Below, piece by piece: positions 17,915 through 28,177 of a stretch of 64,000 nucleotides of DNA. The position numbers were made by a program, and so were the translations under genes. The stretch covers positions 5,177-69,176 of the forward strand of contig CAISJI010000230.1 of NCBI GenBank assembly GCA_903885565.1, read 5' to 3'. The stretch's first letter is position 1. Every line of letters starts with the position of its first letter. The notes beneath the pieces are model-generated. The model saw nothing but the letters and a program-made list of their open reading frames with translations. It ran no database searches and was not told the origin of the DNA. This DNA is from an uncultured Planctomycetaceae bacterium. GTDB taxonomy: Bacteria > Planctomycetota > Planctomycetia > Pirellulales > UBA1268.

Positions 17915-20900
17915 CTATGGCTGGGGAAGCAGCGCCCCGTGCAAAATTTCCACCGGATGAAACGCCCGGCGGGCGGTGCCATCTTTGATCTGGTGACGGC
18001 AACTGGTGCCGGGGGCGGCCAGAAGTGTGTCGGGGGCGGCTGATCGCACCGCGGGAAAGAGCACCAGTTCGCCAATCTGCATTGAGAGCTTGAAGTGCTC
18101 CTGCTCGTAGCCAAAAAATCCCGCCATCCCGCAGCAGCCGCTGGGAATCAGCTCCACGGAATAGTTGGCCGGCAGCGAGAGCATCTGCACTGTCGGCTCC
18201 TGAGAGGCCAGCGCCTTCTGATGGCAGTGGCCATGGAGTTTTATTGTTTTAAAGTCGCTTGTGAACGCCGCCGGCCCGACCTGCCCCGCTGCCGCCGCGC
18301 GGGCTAAAAATTCATCGATGAGGAGGCTGCGCCCCGCCAGCCGCCGGGCCGCCGGCTGAAGCTCCCGCGGCACCAGATCGGGCACCTCATCGCGAAAGCC
18401 TAGGAGCGCCGAGGGCTCAAGCCCCACGAGCAACGCGTCGTCAGTGACTACCCCATCGAGCAGTTGCACATTCCCGATGGCGAGCTTTCGCGCCTCGCGC
18501 AGCAGCCCCTTTGAAATCTGCGCCCGGCCACTCGACAGATGCCGGGGAATCAGCACTTCATAGCCGAGTCGCTCCAGCAAATCGACCGCCAACCGGCCGA
18601 TATCGCTATCGAGCGTGTTGGTGAACTCATCGGCAAACAGATGCACTTTGCCGTTTGGAGCAGCCCCCGCTGCCCACCGCGGCGTGCGCTGGGCCATGAA
18701 ACGCTTGAGCGTGGTGCCGGGCAAGCGCGGTAGCGAGCGGCCGGGAGCAATCCCCAGACACTTTTTCGCCACCTGCTCCACCCCAGAAAATCCCAGCAGA
18801 AAATTGTTTATTCCGGGCAGCAGACTGGCCCACTCCAGAGCGCTTGCCGCGCCTGCAATCAACCGGGTGCGCACTGGCACGCCATGGGCATCGTGCCAGT
18901 GCTGCTGCCACTCTGCCTTGAGCCGGGCCATATCGACGTTCGACGGACACTCCGACTTGCATCCCTTGCACGACAGACAGAGCTCCATCACCTCGGCCAG
19001 CTCCGGTCTGATCCAGGGATTGCCGCCGCCGGCGAGGCTTTCTGGCGCCTGCGACAGGCTCTGCCGCAGCACGTTGGCCCGGGCCCGGGTGGTGTCTTGC
19101 TCGTTGCGCGTCGCCATATAGCTGGGGCACATCGTGCCTCCCATCGCCGAGAGCTTGCGACACTGGCCCACACCGGTGCATTTCTCGGCCGCCCCGAGAA
19201 TCCCCTGCGTGGCAGAAAAATCAAACACCGTTTCCAGTGGCACCGCTGCATGGGCCCTGGTCGCCGGCAGGATGCGCAGGGAGGTGTCCATCGGCGGGGC
19301 ATTGATGATCTTCCCCGGATTGAAAATGCCCTGCGGATCGAAGAGCCGCTTCACTTCCGCAAGCATCTCATAGCAGCGTTCCCCCACCATGCTGCGGATA
19401 AATTCGCCCCGCAGCCGGCCGTCGCCATGCTCGCCGCTGAGCGAGCCGCGATATTTTTTCACCAGCCCTGCCACGTCGGTCGCCACTGCCCGAAATTTTT
19501 TCAGACCCTCCGGCGAGTGCAGATCAAACAGCGGCCGCAGATGCAATTCCCCGGCGCCGGCATGGGCGTAGTGGATGCATTCGATCCCATGCTTCTCGGC
19601 CAGCAGGCGGTCAACATCGGCGATGTAGGCGGGGAGATCTTCCACAGCCACCGCCGTGTCTTCGATGATCTCGCGGGGCTTGCTGTCGCCCGGAATGTTG
19701 TTGACCAGTCCCTGTCCGGCACGCCGTAGCTCCCACACCTTCTGTGCCTCGGCGGCACCGAGTTGCGGAAAGGCATAGCCCAGCCCGGCAGCCCGCACCT
19801 CGCCAGCAATCTGATCGAGCGCTGCGGCGAGCCGATCTGGCTCGGGATGCCGCACCTCCACCACCAGCACAGCCCCCGGCTCCCCCACCACAAACGAGCG
19901 ATTGGCGGAATGCTCGCGGTTGCCACGGGTGGCCCCCAGAATCTTGTCGTCGATCAGTTCGCAGGCGGTGAGCGCCGAACCGGCAGGCAACCCGGCGCCC
20001 CCTGCATGCCGCATCACCACCAGCGTCGCCTCCAGCGCCTCGGCCACCGTCGTGCAATGGATGCACAGAAGCGCCCCGGGCGCCGGCAGGGGCTCAAGCC
20101 CAAGCTCAAACTCCACGCCAAAAAAGAGCGTGCCCTCCGACCCGGCCAGCAGCCGACAGATATTCAGCGGCTGCCCGCAGGCCGGCTCAAAGCAATCGGC
20201 CTCCATCAGGGCGTCGAGCGCGTAGCCGGTGTTGCGGCGTGTCACTTCCGGGCGGGGGAAGGAGGTGCGGATCGTATCGCGGGCCTGCGCATCGCCGAGG
20301 AGATCGCGCAGGCCGCGGTAGATCCGGGTTTCCAGGTTTTCCGGGCCGGCGCACTTCGCGGCAAACTCGGCAGGAGAGAGCGGGCCGAATGTCACCTCCG
20401 AGCCGTCAGCAAGAAATCCGCGGGCGGTCCAGAGATGTTCGCGGGTGGAGCCGTAGGCGATGGAATTGCTGCCGCAGGAGTTGTTCCCCACCATGCCGCC
20501 GATCATGGCCCACGATGCGGTCGAGGTTTCGGGACCAAAGAACAGGCGATGCGGCGCGAGGAACGCATTGAGGGCATTGCGCACCACGCCCGGCTGCACA
20601 CGCACCCGCCGGGCTGCCACGTCGAGCGACACGATCTGGTTGAGGTAGCGGCCGGCATCGACCACGATCCCGCTGCCCACCACCTGTCCGGCCAGCGATG
20701 TGCCGGCCGCCCGCGGGATCAGGCCGATCCGCTCGGCGGCGGCGAATTGCACCAGCTCCCGCACATCGGCGGCGGTTTTGGGCAGGGCCACCGCCAGCGG
20801 CCGCTCCTGATATTCCGAGGCATCGGTGGCATAGATCGTGCGGGAGAGGTCGTCGAGCTGCAGTTCTCCCTCCAGCCGCTGGGCGAGCGCCGCCAATTTC

Positions 20901-20947
20901 CGCGACCATTTTTCAGCGCCCTGGAGGGCTGTGCTGGCTGGATTCAT
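17915..20947 (-). CDS. FAD-binding + 4Fe-4S + CCG-domain oxidoreductase (YdiJ-like, GlcD/GlcF fusion type)
   Basis: The 1010-aa protein has an N-terminal FAD-linked oxidase region (PRAAGTSLAGQVVG), Fe-S motifs CTGVGQCRK...CPSY and CLSCKGCKSECP, and C-terminal cysteine-rich repeats (GHCHQKA, SGCCGMAG). Confidence 0.8.
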   Translation of the reverse strand: MNPASTALQGAEKWSRKLAALAQRLEGELQLDDLSRTIYATDASEYQERPLAVALPKTAADVRELVQFAAAERIGLIPRAAGTSLAGQVVGSGIVVDAGRYLNQIVSLDVAARRVRVQPGVVRNALNAFLAPHRLFFGPETSTASWAMIGGMVGNNSCGSNSIAYGSTREHLWTARGFLADGSEVTFGPLSPAEFAAKCAGPENLETRIYRGLRDLLGDAQARDTIRTSFPRPEVTRRNTGYALDALMEADCFEPACGQPLNICRLLAGSEGTLFFGVEFELGLEPLPAPGALLCIHCTTVAEALEATLVVMRHAGGAGLPAGSALTACELIDDKILGATRGNREHSANRSFVVGEPGAVLVVEVRHPEPDRLAAALDQIAGEVRAAGLGYAFPQLGAAEAQKVWELRRAGQGLVNNIPGDSKPREIIEDTAVAVEDLPAYIADVDRLLAEKHGIECIHYAHAGAGELHLRPLFDLHSPEGLKKFRAVATDVAGLVKKYRGSLSGEHGDGRLRGEFIRSMVGERCYEMLAEVKRLFDPQGIFNPGKIINAPPMDTSLRILPATRAHAAVPLETVFDFSATQGILGAAEKCTGVGQCRKLSAMGGTMCPSYMATRNEQDTTRARANVLRQSLSQAPESLAGGGNPWIRPELAEVMELCLSCKGCKSECPSNVDMARLKAEWQQHWHDAHGVPVRTRLIAGAASALEWASLLPGINNFLLGFSGVEQVAKKCLGIAPGRSLPRLPGTTLKRFMAQRTPRWAAGAAPNGKVHLFADEFTNTLDSDIGRLAVDLLERLGYEVLIPRHLSSGRAQISKGLLREARKLAIGNVQLLDGVVTDDALLVGLEPSALLGFRDEVPDLVPRELQPAARRLAGRSLLIDEFLARAAAAGQVGPAAFTSDFKTIKLHGHCHQKALASQEPTVQMLSLPANYSVELIPSGCCGMAGFFGYEQEHFKLSMQIGELVLFPAVRSAAPDTLLAAPGTSCRHQIKDGTARRAFHPVEILHGALLPQP

Positions 20948-21004
20948 ACAGTTGGTTATAGCGGGTGGCGCCGCCGTGCCACGGGGCGGAATGCATCGGG
21001 TAGG

Positions 21005-21265
21005 ATGCTGCTTATGGCAGACTCAGAGCGTGATCTCGAAGCCAGATTCCGGGAACTGCAGGACTCCCTGCCTCCGCATGTCCGCGTGGCCCGTGCCGAA
21101 GCCATGTTCGCCTGGGCCCGTGAGCTGATCGGCAGGGAGATCGTGGCTCAGGCCGGCCAGATGTCCGAAGCCAGACTCAAGTGGGAGACGGCACTTCGGC
21201 TGTATGGTTCCGACGCCGCATCCCGCCAACTGATACAGCAGATGCTCGACCATGTATCAGCCTGA
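21005..21265 (+). CDS. Small helical hypothetical protein, putative partner of the downstream nucleotidyltransferase
   Basis: This is the terminal 86 codons of the otherwise antisense track ORF 19763..21265 (MLLMADSERDLEARFRELQ...). It lies in the intergenic space after the YdiJ-like gene and overlaps the next gene by 14 nt. Confidence 0.45.
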   Translation: MLLMADSERDLEARFRELQDSLPPHVRVARAEAMFAWARELIGREIVAQAGQMSEARLKWETALRLYGSDAASRQLIQQMLDHVSA

Positions 21266-21827
21266 CATCTTTCGGCACACCCTGTCGCGGCTGGCGGCCA
21301 TTCTGCGGGCGCACTCCGTGCGGTTTCATCTGACCGGCGGCATCACGAGCGTCGCCTACGGCGAGCCGCGGATGACACAGGATGTCGACGTTGTGGTGGA
21401 CAATCGAGCGCTGGCACGCGCGCTCGATTCCTTCATCGCTGCGGCCCAACAGGCGGAGTTTCTCCTCGATGCAGGGAGCGTGCACCGGGCCGTCGCCGAC
21501 AGATCGATGTTTCAACTGTTCGATATGTCCGAGGCACTCAAAGTCGATCTCTATCCGCGGGAACTTGTGCCCGGAGAACTTGATCGCTCAACACTTCTCG
21601 AAATTTTCGCGGGGATGCAGCTGCCGGTGGCCTCACGGCCAGATGCTGCGGCATCGAAGCTGGCATGGGCGGCGAAGGGAAGCCACAAGAGCCGCCGCGA
21701 TCTGCGGCAGATCGTCCGGCGGATGACCGCCGTGGACCGCGCAGAACTCGACCGTCTTGCGGCGCTGCTGGGGCTCGGGAGCCTGCTGGAGGAAGTTCTG
21801 GTCGAACCGGATGAGATCTCGGGCTAG
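21252..21827 (+). CDS. Pol-beta-superfamily nucleotidyltransferase-fold protein
   Basis: HLTGGITSVAYGEPRMTQDVDVVV fits the minimal NTase signature hG[GS]-x9-13-Dh[DE]h. The protein is 191 aa. Confidence 0.6.
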   Translation: MYQPDIFRHTLSRLAAILRAHSVRFHLTGGITSVAYGEPRMTQDVDVVVDNRALARALDSFIAAAQQAEFLLDAGSVHRAVADRSMFQLFDMSEALKVDLYPRELVPGELDRSTLLEIFAGMQLPVASRPDAAASKLAWAAKGSHKSRRDLRQIVRRMTAVDRAELDRLAALLGLGSLLEEVLVEPDEISG

Positions 21828-21960
21828 CAGCGTACCTGAGCAAGGTTTTCTGGCACATCTCGCCTCATCCGGCGTACGATACGATTTCGGCAGGGGAGCT
21901 ACCCAATCCCCCGCTGTGCCTCGCTGCCTCCCGGCTTTCCTTCGCCCACACGGGATTCCC

Positions 21961-24900
21961 ATGCGCTTTTTTTCCCCGTTGCCGCTGCGCCGCCTCATGG
22001 CCCGCGCACTTCCCTTCGCCCTGCTCTTTGGGGGACTCTTCTTCATGTTCCACTCTGGATTCGCAGCAGACGAGATCTCCGGCCCCCGCAGCGCCGCCTG
22101 GCAACGCGTGGACAAGGCGCTTGAGGAAGGGAAGCCGAAGACGGCGCTGGAGGCTCTGGGGGGCATCGAACAGGGTGCCGTGGCCGACAAGGCCTGGGCC
22201 GAGGCCGCCCGGGCGATCGCCACGCGCATCCTCGCCGAAACAGGCGACCGCCCCGAAGACGACCCCGAACGGCTGGTGCGCCTCGCGGCGGCCATCCCCG
22301 CGGCGCCAGCCGAAACCCAAGCCGTGCTCAAGGCGATCCAGGCCAACTGGACGTGGGGGTTTTTTCAGTCCAATCGTTGGCGCTTTGCCCAGCGCACCCC
22401 CGGAGCGACTCCCGCAGCGCAGGCCGATCTTGCCAGCATCGCCAGCTGGGATCTGCCGCAGGTCGTAGCCGAGATCCGCGCCCGCTTCACATCGGCGCTG
22501 GCCACCCCCGCTGCCACCCAAAAACTCCCCGTGGCAGAGTGGTCGCCGCTGCTCACGGCCGGCACCATGAGCGATGCCTACCGGCCAACGCTGTGGGATG
22601 TGCTCGTCCACGATGCCCTCGCCTTTGCCGCCACGGGGGAACGGGGATTGGCTGATCCGGAGAATCTGTTTGAGCTTTCGCCGGAGTCGCCCGCACTGGG
22701 CACGCCCGAGGACTTTTGTGCCTGGAATCCGGCCGCTGATCCCACCGTCACCGACACCGATTCAATGCTCCTGGAAGCGCTCAAGCTCCATCAGGACCTG
22801 CTCCGCGCGCATGCCGCCGATACCGACCGCACGGCATTTCTGGCCGCCGATCTCGACCGCATCCTCTGGGCGGCGGAGGCCCTGCCCGCCGGCGACTCTG
22901 CCACGGCACAGCGCGACCGCAAGGCAGCGGCCCTGGAGGCCTTTCTCGGCCGGGCGGCCAACCATGAAATGTCCGCGCTTGCCCGCTCCCATCTGGCCGC
23001 TCTGGAACGCAGCGAGGGGGATGCCGAGGCTCTGGTGCGGGCCCATGCGCTGGCCGCTGCCGCAGTAGCTGCCCATCCCAAGAGCGCTGGCGCGAAGCTC
23101 TGCAAGAATCTGCTGGCGGAGATTGAGGCCAAAAACCTGGCGCTGGAAACGGAGCGCACCTGGAGCGAGCCCTGGCCGGTGATCCGGGTGAATTATGCCA
23201 ATCTCGCGAAGGTGCATCTGCGGATTGTCGCGGCCGACTGGCTGGCCCGGGCCCGGGCCGGCAAGCCGCAGGGTGAATGGCTCGATGAGGCCGACCGGCA
23301 GGCGCTGCTCAAACAAGCTCCGCTGCGGGCCTTCAGCGTCGACATGCCCGCCACGGACGACTATCAACCCCGCAGCCACGATATCCCGGTACCCCAAGAC
23401 CTCCCGCCGGGCAGCTACTGGGTGCTCGCCAGCCACACTCCCGATTTTGGCGAGCAAGACAACGTGGTCAGTGCGGGGCTGGTGTGGGTGAGCCGGCTGG
23501 CGCTGGTGGCCAAGAGCAGCGACATTCGGCACGCAGAGCCGCTCTCCGGACACGTCGTTGATCTGTTCACTGGCGAACCGCTGGCCGGAGCCACTGTTGA
23601 TCTGTTGGTGCGCGAGCCACAGGGAAATCCCCCCCGCTTCATTGAAAAAGCGCAGGCCCAGACCGACGCGGAGGGCCGCTACGAACTCCCCGCCGAGCCC
23701 GACCGGGAAATGCTGCTGGTGGCCAGCGCCACGCTCGCCGGGGCGAAGCACTCCATCGCCGGGGAGTCGCTCCGCATCTGGCAGCAACCGGAGCAGACGG
23801 GGGACAACCATCTCGTTCTGGTGACCGACCGCGGCATCTATCGCCCCGGCCAGACCATCTTCTACAAGGGGATCTATTGCCACACCGAACCGGCACGGCA
23901 GGAGTATGCGGCGCTTGAGGGCAAGCCTGTGGTGGCTGTGCTGCGCGATGCCAACGGCCGGGAACTGGCGCGGCTTCCCCACACCACCACCAGCAACGGT
24001 TCGTTCCAGGGGAGTTTCTCGATCCCCTCTGGCGCCCTTCCCGGGCAGTGGGCGCTCGTCGCCGAAGGGGAAGGGGCCAGCCAGGCTGTGGGAGTGCGGG
24101 TTGAGGAATACAAGCGGCCGAAGTTTATGGTCGACCTGGCAGCGCCGACGGCGGAGGTGCTGCTGGGGAAGGAGGTGTCGCTCTCCGGCACCGCCACCAC
24201 CTACACCGGCCTGCCGGTGGCGGGGGCCAAAGTGCGCTGGCATGTGGAACGGATGGTGCGGTTTCCCGACTGGTGCCGCTGGTTCTTCCCCGGCCTCCCC
24301 TTCGGCAGCCCGCCAGCCCGCATTGCTCGCGGCACCTCCACCAGCGATCCCAACGGCCTGTTCACGGTTTCGTTTCCCGCCCGGCCCGACACCTCCCTGC
24401 CCCGGGAGAGCCTGCCTGTCTTCACCTTTCGCGTGGTGGCCGATGTGACCGATCCTGGCGGCGAGACGCGCTCGGCCGAACGGCCGGTGCAGGCTGGGTA
24501 TGTGGCGATTGAAGCCACGATTACCGCCGACGAATGGCAGGCCGTCGGCCCCGCGAATGCCCCTGCCACAGTGCCGCTGACACTCTCCACGCAGTCGCTT
24601 GATGGCCAGCCGCGCGCCGCCACCGGCACGCTCACCATCTCGCGCCTCGTGCAGCCGGCCACGATCAAGCGCCACGATTTTTTTGCACCTGTGCCCCGGC
24701 CGCTGCCCTCTGTCGGTCGGCGGGGGGGAAGGAACAGGCCCGGCCGCCCGCTCCCTCCAGCGGCGCTCGATCCCCACGATCCAAATTCTTGGGCCGCGGG
24801 CGAGGTGGTGGCCACGCTGCCGGTCGCCACCGCTGCCGCCACCGGCAAGCTGATTCTCCAGCCGCAATTGCCGGCGGGAATCTATCGGGCCGAATTGGAA

Positions 24901-27900
24901 ATCCCGGCCGTGGGAGATGCTCCGGCCGTGAAGGCCCGCCACACGATCGAGGTGCTCGATCCGGCCGCCACGAGCTATGCGGTGAAACGCCCCTTTGCGC
25001 TGCGGGAGAAAAGCGCGCTTACGCCTGCGGGCAGCACGTTTGAGGCGGTGCTCGGCACCGGCTTCGAGTCGGGCCGGGCGTTGGTGGAATTCCTGCAGGA
25101 CGGCAAAACACTCAAACGCTTCTGGACCGAGCCTGGCCGCACCCAGTGGCCGGTCTCGCTGCCGGTGGGAGAGGAGCAGCGGGGGGGCTTCACGCTGCGG
25201 GCCTGGCTGGTGCGCGACGGCCGGCTGCAGAGCGTGGAACGCACGATCGACGTTCCTTGGACCAACAAACAGCTCGCGGTCTCCTGGGAACGGTTCCGCC
25301 GCCGGGTGGAACCGGGCGCACAGGAGGTGTGGCGGGCGAAGGTGTTGAGTGTCGCCGATCCACTCGCCGGCCCGGCTGCCCCGGCCGTGGCGGAGATGGT
25401 GGCCACGCTCTACGACGGGTCGCTCGATGCACTGGCGCCACACGTCTGGCCAACCGGGCTCGCCGGTCTCCTGCGCCGGGAATTCAGCGGTGGGCAGCCT
25501 TCGTTCACCAACCGCCCGCAGGGCCTGCAGCAGATTGGCGGCTCATGGCGGCAGGCATACGAGCCGGTCGAGATCACGTACCGCCAGTTCCGCGAGCCGT
25601 TCGGGGCAGGAGGTGGTCAGGGCTGGGGGATCCGCAGAAAAGGAATGCTCGGCATGAGCCGCGCCGCCCGCAGCGACTTCGCCATGCCGATGGCGGCGGC
25701 GGCGACGGAAATGATATTTGATCGCGATGGCGAAGTTGTAAACAAGGCGGCACCTCCTGCGCCCACCTCTGATCAGGGGAATGGCGGTCAACCTGATTCT
25801 GCCGCAGCAGTGGCCGCGGCCCCTGCGCCGCGCAGAAATCTGGTGGAGACGGCATTTTTCTTCCCGACCGTCACTGCCGGCCCCGACGGCATCCTCACGC
25901 TTGAATTCGCGCTCCCCGACACGCTCACCACGTGGCAGTTCAAGGGGCTGGTGCATGATGCCCGGCTCCGCAGCGGCACGCTGCTGGATCAGTGTGTGTC
26001 TGCCAAGGATCTGATGGTGGAGCCGCTGCCGCCACGGTTTGTACGCGAGGGAGATCTGGTTGAATTCCCCGTGAAGGTGAGCAACCGCTCCACCGGCCGG
26101 CAGACGGGAACGGTGCGGCTGACCCTTTCCGACGCCCAAACCAACACCTCCCGCGATGCGTTGCTCGCAGGCCCCCGCGAGCAGGCCTTCGATCTGGCCG
26201 CAGGAGAGTCGCAGGCGGTGGTCTTTCCGCTGCGCGTGGCCGTTGGCACCGAAACTCTCAAATACCTGGCCACCGGCTCAGCGGGCAGGGCCAGCGACGG
26301 CGAGGAGGCTTTTCTGCCGGTGCTCTCGCAGCGCGTGCTGGTGAGCGAAAGCATACCCGTCACACTCCGCGGCCCGGGTGCCAAAACGGTGGTGCTCAAG
26401 CGGCTGGCGCAAGCAGCCGAAACTCCCTCGATCGAGAGCCAGTCGCTCGTGGTGCAGGCGGCGTCAAACCCCGCCTGGTATGGAGTGCTGGCGCTTCCCT
26501 CGCTGCTGGAGAAGGGGGATGAAAGCGTGGAAACGCTCTTCACCCGTTTCTACGCCAACACGCTCGCCCGCCACATTGCCGAAGCCAACCCGCGCATCGC
26601 TGAGGTGCTGGCCCAGTGGCAGGGGACTGAGGCCTTCCACAGCCCGCTGGAAAAGAACACGGATGTGATGACAACGCTTCTGGCCGAAACGCCCTGGGTG
26701 CGCGAGGCGGTCGATGAGCGGGAGGCCCGGCAGCGGATCACTCTGCTGTTGGATCGCAACCGGGCCGAACGCGAGCAGGCCGAGGGAGTGGCGCGTTTGG
26801 AGAGCCTGCGAAGTGCCGATGGCGGCTGGCCCTGGTTCCCCGGCGGCAGCACCTGCGATCAGGTGACGCTCTCTCTGATGACCGGATTTGGCCGGCTGCG
26901 CGCGGCTGGAGCGATAGTCGAGCTGCAGCCGGCACTCGCCACACTCCCCTGGCTCGACGCCCGGCTCGTACGGTGGAAAGCCGACGCAGTGAAGCTGGCG
27001 GGGGAACCGGTTCTCTCGCCAACGGTGGCGCTGGCGCTCTATGCCCGCAGTTTCTTTCTGGCCGATGCACCGCTGCAGGGCGAGGAGAGCGAGGCGCACC
27101 GGTGGTGGCTGGCTGTGGCGAAGAAAAGCTGGCCGCAGCTGGCTGGCCGCCGCTCGCAGGGCGAGACCGCGATCGCCCTGGTTCGCTCCGGGGAGCGGGA
27201 GGCAGCCTTATCGATCATCGACAGCCTGCGCCAGCGGGCCGTGGGGGGCGGTGATCCGCCCGCTGCGGAGGAGGAGAACGCGCAAGGGATGTGGTGGCGC
27301 GATCCACATCCTGCCTGGTGGAACTGGGCCGGCTCCCCGATCGAAACGCAGGCGGTGATGATCGAGGCCTTTGATGAGGTCGCCGGCGACCGACGGGCGG
27401 TTGAAGAGTTGAAGCTCTGGCTCCTGTCGCAAAAGCGCACCAGCCGGTGGCCGGGCAACCGGGCCACTGCCAATGCCGTGGGGGCTCTGCTGGGCCGTGG
27501 CGACGACCTGCTCGGTTCGCGGGCCTTGGTCGCCATCGACATCGGCGGAAAAACGGTTCAGCCGGGCAAAGAGGGCGCCGGCCGCCCCGAACCGGGCACT
27601 GGGTTTACCGAGGCCCGCTTCGTGCGGCGTGAGATCGTCCCTGCCATGGCGAATGTCACTCTCACCAAATCTGACGCCGGGCCCGCCTGGGGTGGCATCC
27701 ACTGGCAGTATCTCGACGACATCGCCAACGTGCCGGCGATTGGCCGGAACGAACTGGCGATCGAGAAGCAGCTGTTTGTGAAGCGCATGACTGCACAAGG
27801 GCCGGTGCTGCTGCCAACGGCGGCGAAGGAGGGAGTGCAGGTGGGGGACGAACTGGTGGTGCGTTTGCAAGTGACCAGCGACCGCGACTATGAGTTTCTG

Positions 27901-28173
27901 GAGCTTTCCGATCACCGGCCCAGCCTCACCGAGCCGGTCGATGTGCTCTCGGGCTGGCGGTATGCCGATGGCGTCGGCTGGTATGCGGCGGTGCGGGATG
28001 CCAGCACGCAGTTTTTCTTTGAGAGGCTGCCCCGCGGCACACATGTTTTTGAGTATTCGCTCCGCGCCAGCCATGCGGGTCAGGCCTCCAGCGGCTTTGC
28101 CACGCTGCAGAGCCGCTATTGCCCAGAGTTCTCGGCCCATTCGGCGAGCATCCAACTGGAAGTGAGAAAGTAA
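21961..28173 (+). CDS. Alpha-2-macroglobulin family protein, thioester-less (about 2070 aa)
   Basis: The ATG at 21961 gives the signal MRFFSPLPLRRLMARALPFALLFGGLFFMFHSGFA. MG-domain signatures are TDRGIYRPGQTIFYKGI, VEEYKRPKF and TTWQFKGLVHD. At the expected thioester site it reads LPSLLEKGDESVETL instead of ...YPYGCxEQ. No CxEQ occurs anywhere in the ORF. Confidence 0.85.
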   Translation: MRFFSPLPLRRLMARALPFALLFGGLFFMFHSGFAADEISGPRSAAWQRVDKALEEGKPKTALEALGGIEQGAVADKAWAEAARAIATRILAETGDRPEDDPERLVRLAAAIPAAPAETQAVLKAIQANWTWGFFQSNRWRFAQRTPGATPAAQADLASIASWDLPQVVAEIRARFTSALATPAATQKLPVAEWSPLLTAGTMSDAYRPTLWDVLVHDALAFAATGERGLADPENLFELSPESPALGTPEDFCAWNPAADPTVTDTDSMLLEALKLHQDLLRAHAADTDRTAFLAADLDRILWAAEALPAGDSATAQRDRKAAALEAFLGRAANHEMSALARSHLAALERSEGDAEALVRAHALAAAAVAAHPKSAGAKLCKNLLAEIEAKNLALETERTWSEPWPVIRVNYANLAKVHLRIVAADWLARARAGKPQGEWLDEADRQALLKQAPLRAFSVDMPATDDYQPRSHDIPVPQDLPPGSYWVLASHTPDFGEQDNVVSAGLVWVSRLALVAKSSDIRHAEPLSGHVVDLFTGEPLAGATVDLLVREPQGNPPRFIEKAQAQTDAEGRYELPAEPDREMLLVASATLAGAKHSIAGESLRIWQQPEQTGDNHLVLVTDRGIYRPGQTIFYKGIYCHTEPARQEYAALEGKPVVAVLRDANGRELARLPHTTTSNGSFQGSFSIPSGALPGQWALVAEGEGASQAVGVRVEEYKRPKFMVDLAAPTAEVLLGKEVSLSGTATTYTGLPVAGAKVRWHVERMVRFPDWCRWFFPGLPFGSPPARIARGTSTSDPNGLFTVSFPARPDTSLPRESLPVFTFRVVADVTDPGGETRSAERPVQAGYVAIEATITADEWQAVGPANAPATVPLTLSTQSLDGQPRAATGTLTISRLVQPATIKRHDFFAPVPRPLPSVGRRGGRNRPGRPLPPAALDPHDPNSWAAGEVVATLPVATAAATGKLILQPQLPAGIYRAELEIPAVGDAPAVKARHTIEVLDPAATSYAVKRPFALREKSALTPAGSTFEAVLGTGFESGRALVEFLQDGKTLKRFWTEPGRTQWPVSLPVGEEQRGGFTLRAWLVRDGRLQSVERTIDVPWTNKQLAVSWERFRRRVEPGAQEVWRAKVLSVADPLAGPAAPAVAEMVATLYDGSLDALAPHVWPTGLAGLLRREFSGGQPSFTNRPQGLQQIGGSWRQAYEPVEITYRQFREPFGAGGGQGWGIRRKGMLGMSRAARSDFAMPMAAAATEMIFDRDGEVVNKAAPPAPTSDQGNGGQPDSAAAVAAAPAPRRNLVETAFFFPTVTAGPDGILTLEFALPDTLTTWQFKGLVHDARLRSGTLLDQCVSAKDLMVEPLPPRFVREGDLVEFPVKVSNRSTGRQTGTVRLTLSDAQTNTSRDALLAGPREQAFDLAAGESQAVVFPLRVAVGTETLKYLATGSAGRASDGEEAFLPVLSQRVLVSESIPVTLRGPGAKTVVLKRLAQAAETPSIESQSLVVQAASNPAWYGVLALPSLLEKGDESVETLFTRFYANTLARHIAEANPRIAEVLAQWQGTEAFHSPLEKNTDVMTTLLAETPWVREAVDEREARQRITLLLDRNRAEREQAEGVARLESLRSADGGWPWFPGGSTCDQVTLSLMTGFGRLRAAGAIVELQPALATLPWLDARLVRWKADAVKLAGEPVLSPTVALALYARSFFLADAPLQGEESEAHRWWLAVAKKSWPQLAGRRSQGETAIALVRSGEREAALSIIDSLRQRAVGGGDPPAAEEENAQGMWWRDPHPAWWNWAGSPIETQAVMIEAFDEVAGDRRAVEELKLWLLSQKRTSRWPGNRATANAVGALLGRGDDLLGSRALVAIDIGGKTVQPGKEGAGRPEPGTGFTEARFVRREIVPAMANVTLTKSDAGPAWGGIHWQYLDDIANVPAIGRNELAIEKQLFVKRMTAQGPVLLPTAAKEGVQVGDELVVRLQVTSDRDYEFLELSDHRPSLTEPVDVLSGWRYADGVGWYAAVRDASTQFFFERLPRGTHVFEYSLRASHAGQASSGFATLQSRYCPEFSAHSASIQLEVRK

Positions 28174-28177
28174 AGAA

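Noticed and set aside
19763-21004. Upstream 414 codons of the 500-aa plus-strand ORF 19763..21265
   Set aside because: They are antisense to the YdiJ-like oxidoreductase. Only the last 86 codons, which lie in intergenic space, were kept as a possible small gene.
22762-25443. 893-aa minus-strand ORF, plus several others inside 21961..28173
   Set aside because: It is antisense to the alpha-2-macroglobulin gene. It has no motifs and the typical mirror-frame composition.
26854-26862. Cys-Asp-Gln (STCDQV) as a possible thioester in the A2M homologue
   Set aside because: It does not fit CxEQ and lies downstream of the aligned thioester position, which reads ESVET. It is more likely part of the helical TED-like repeat.
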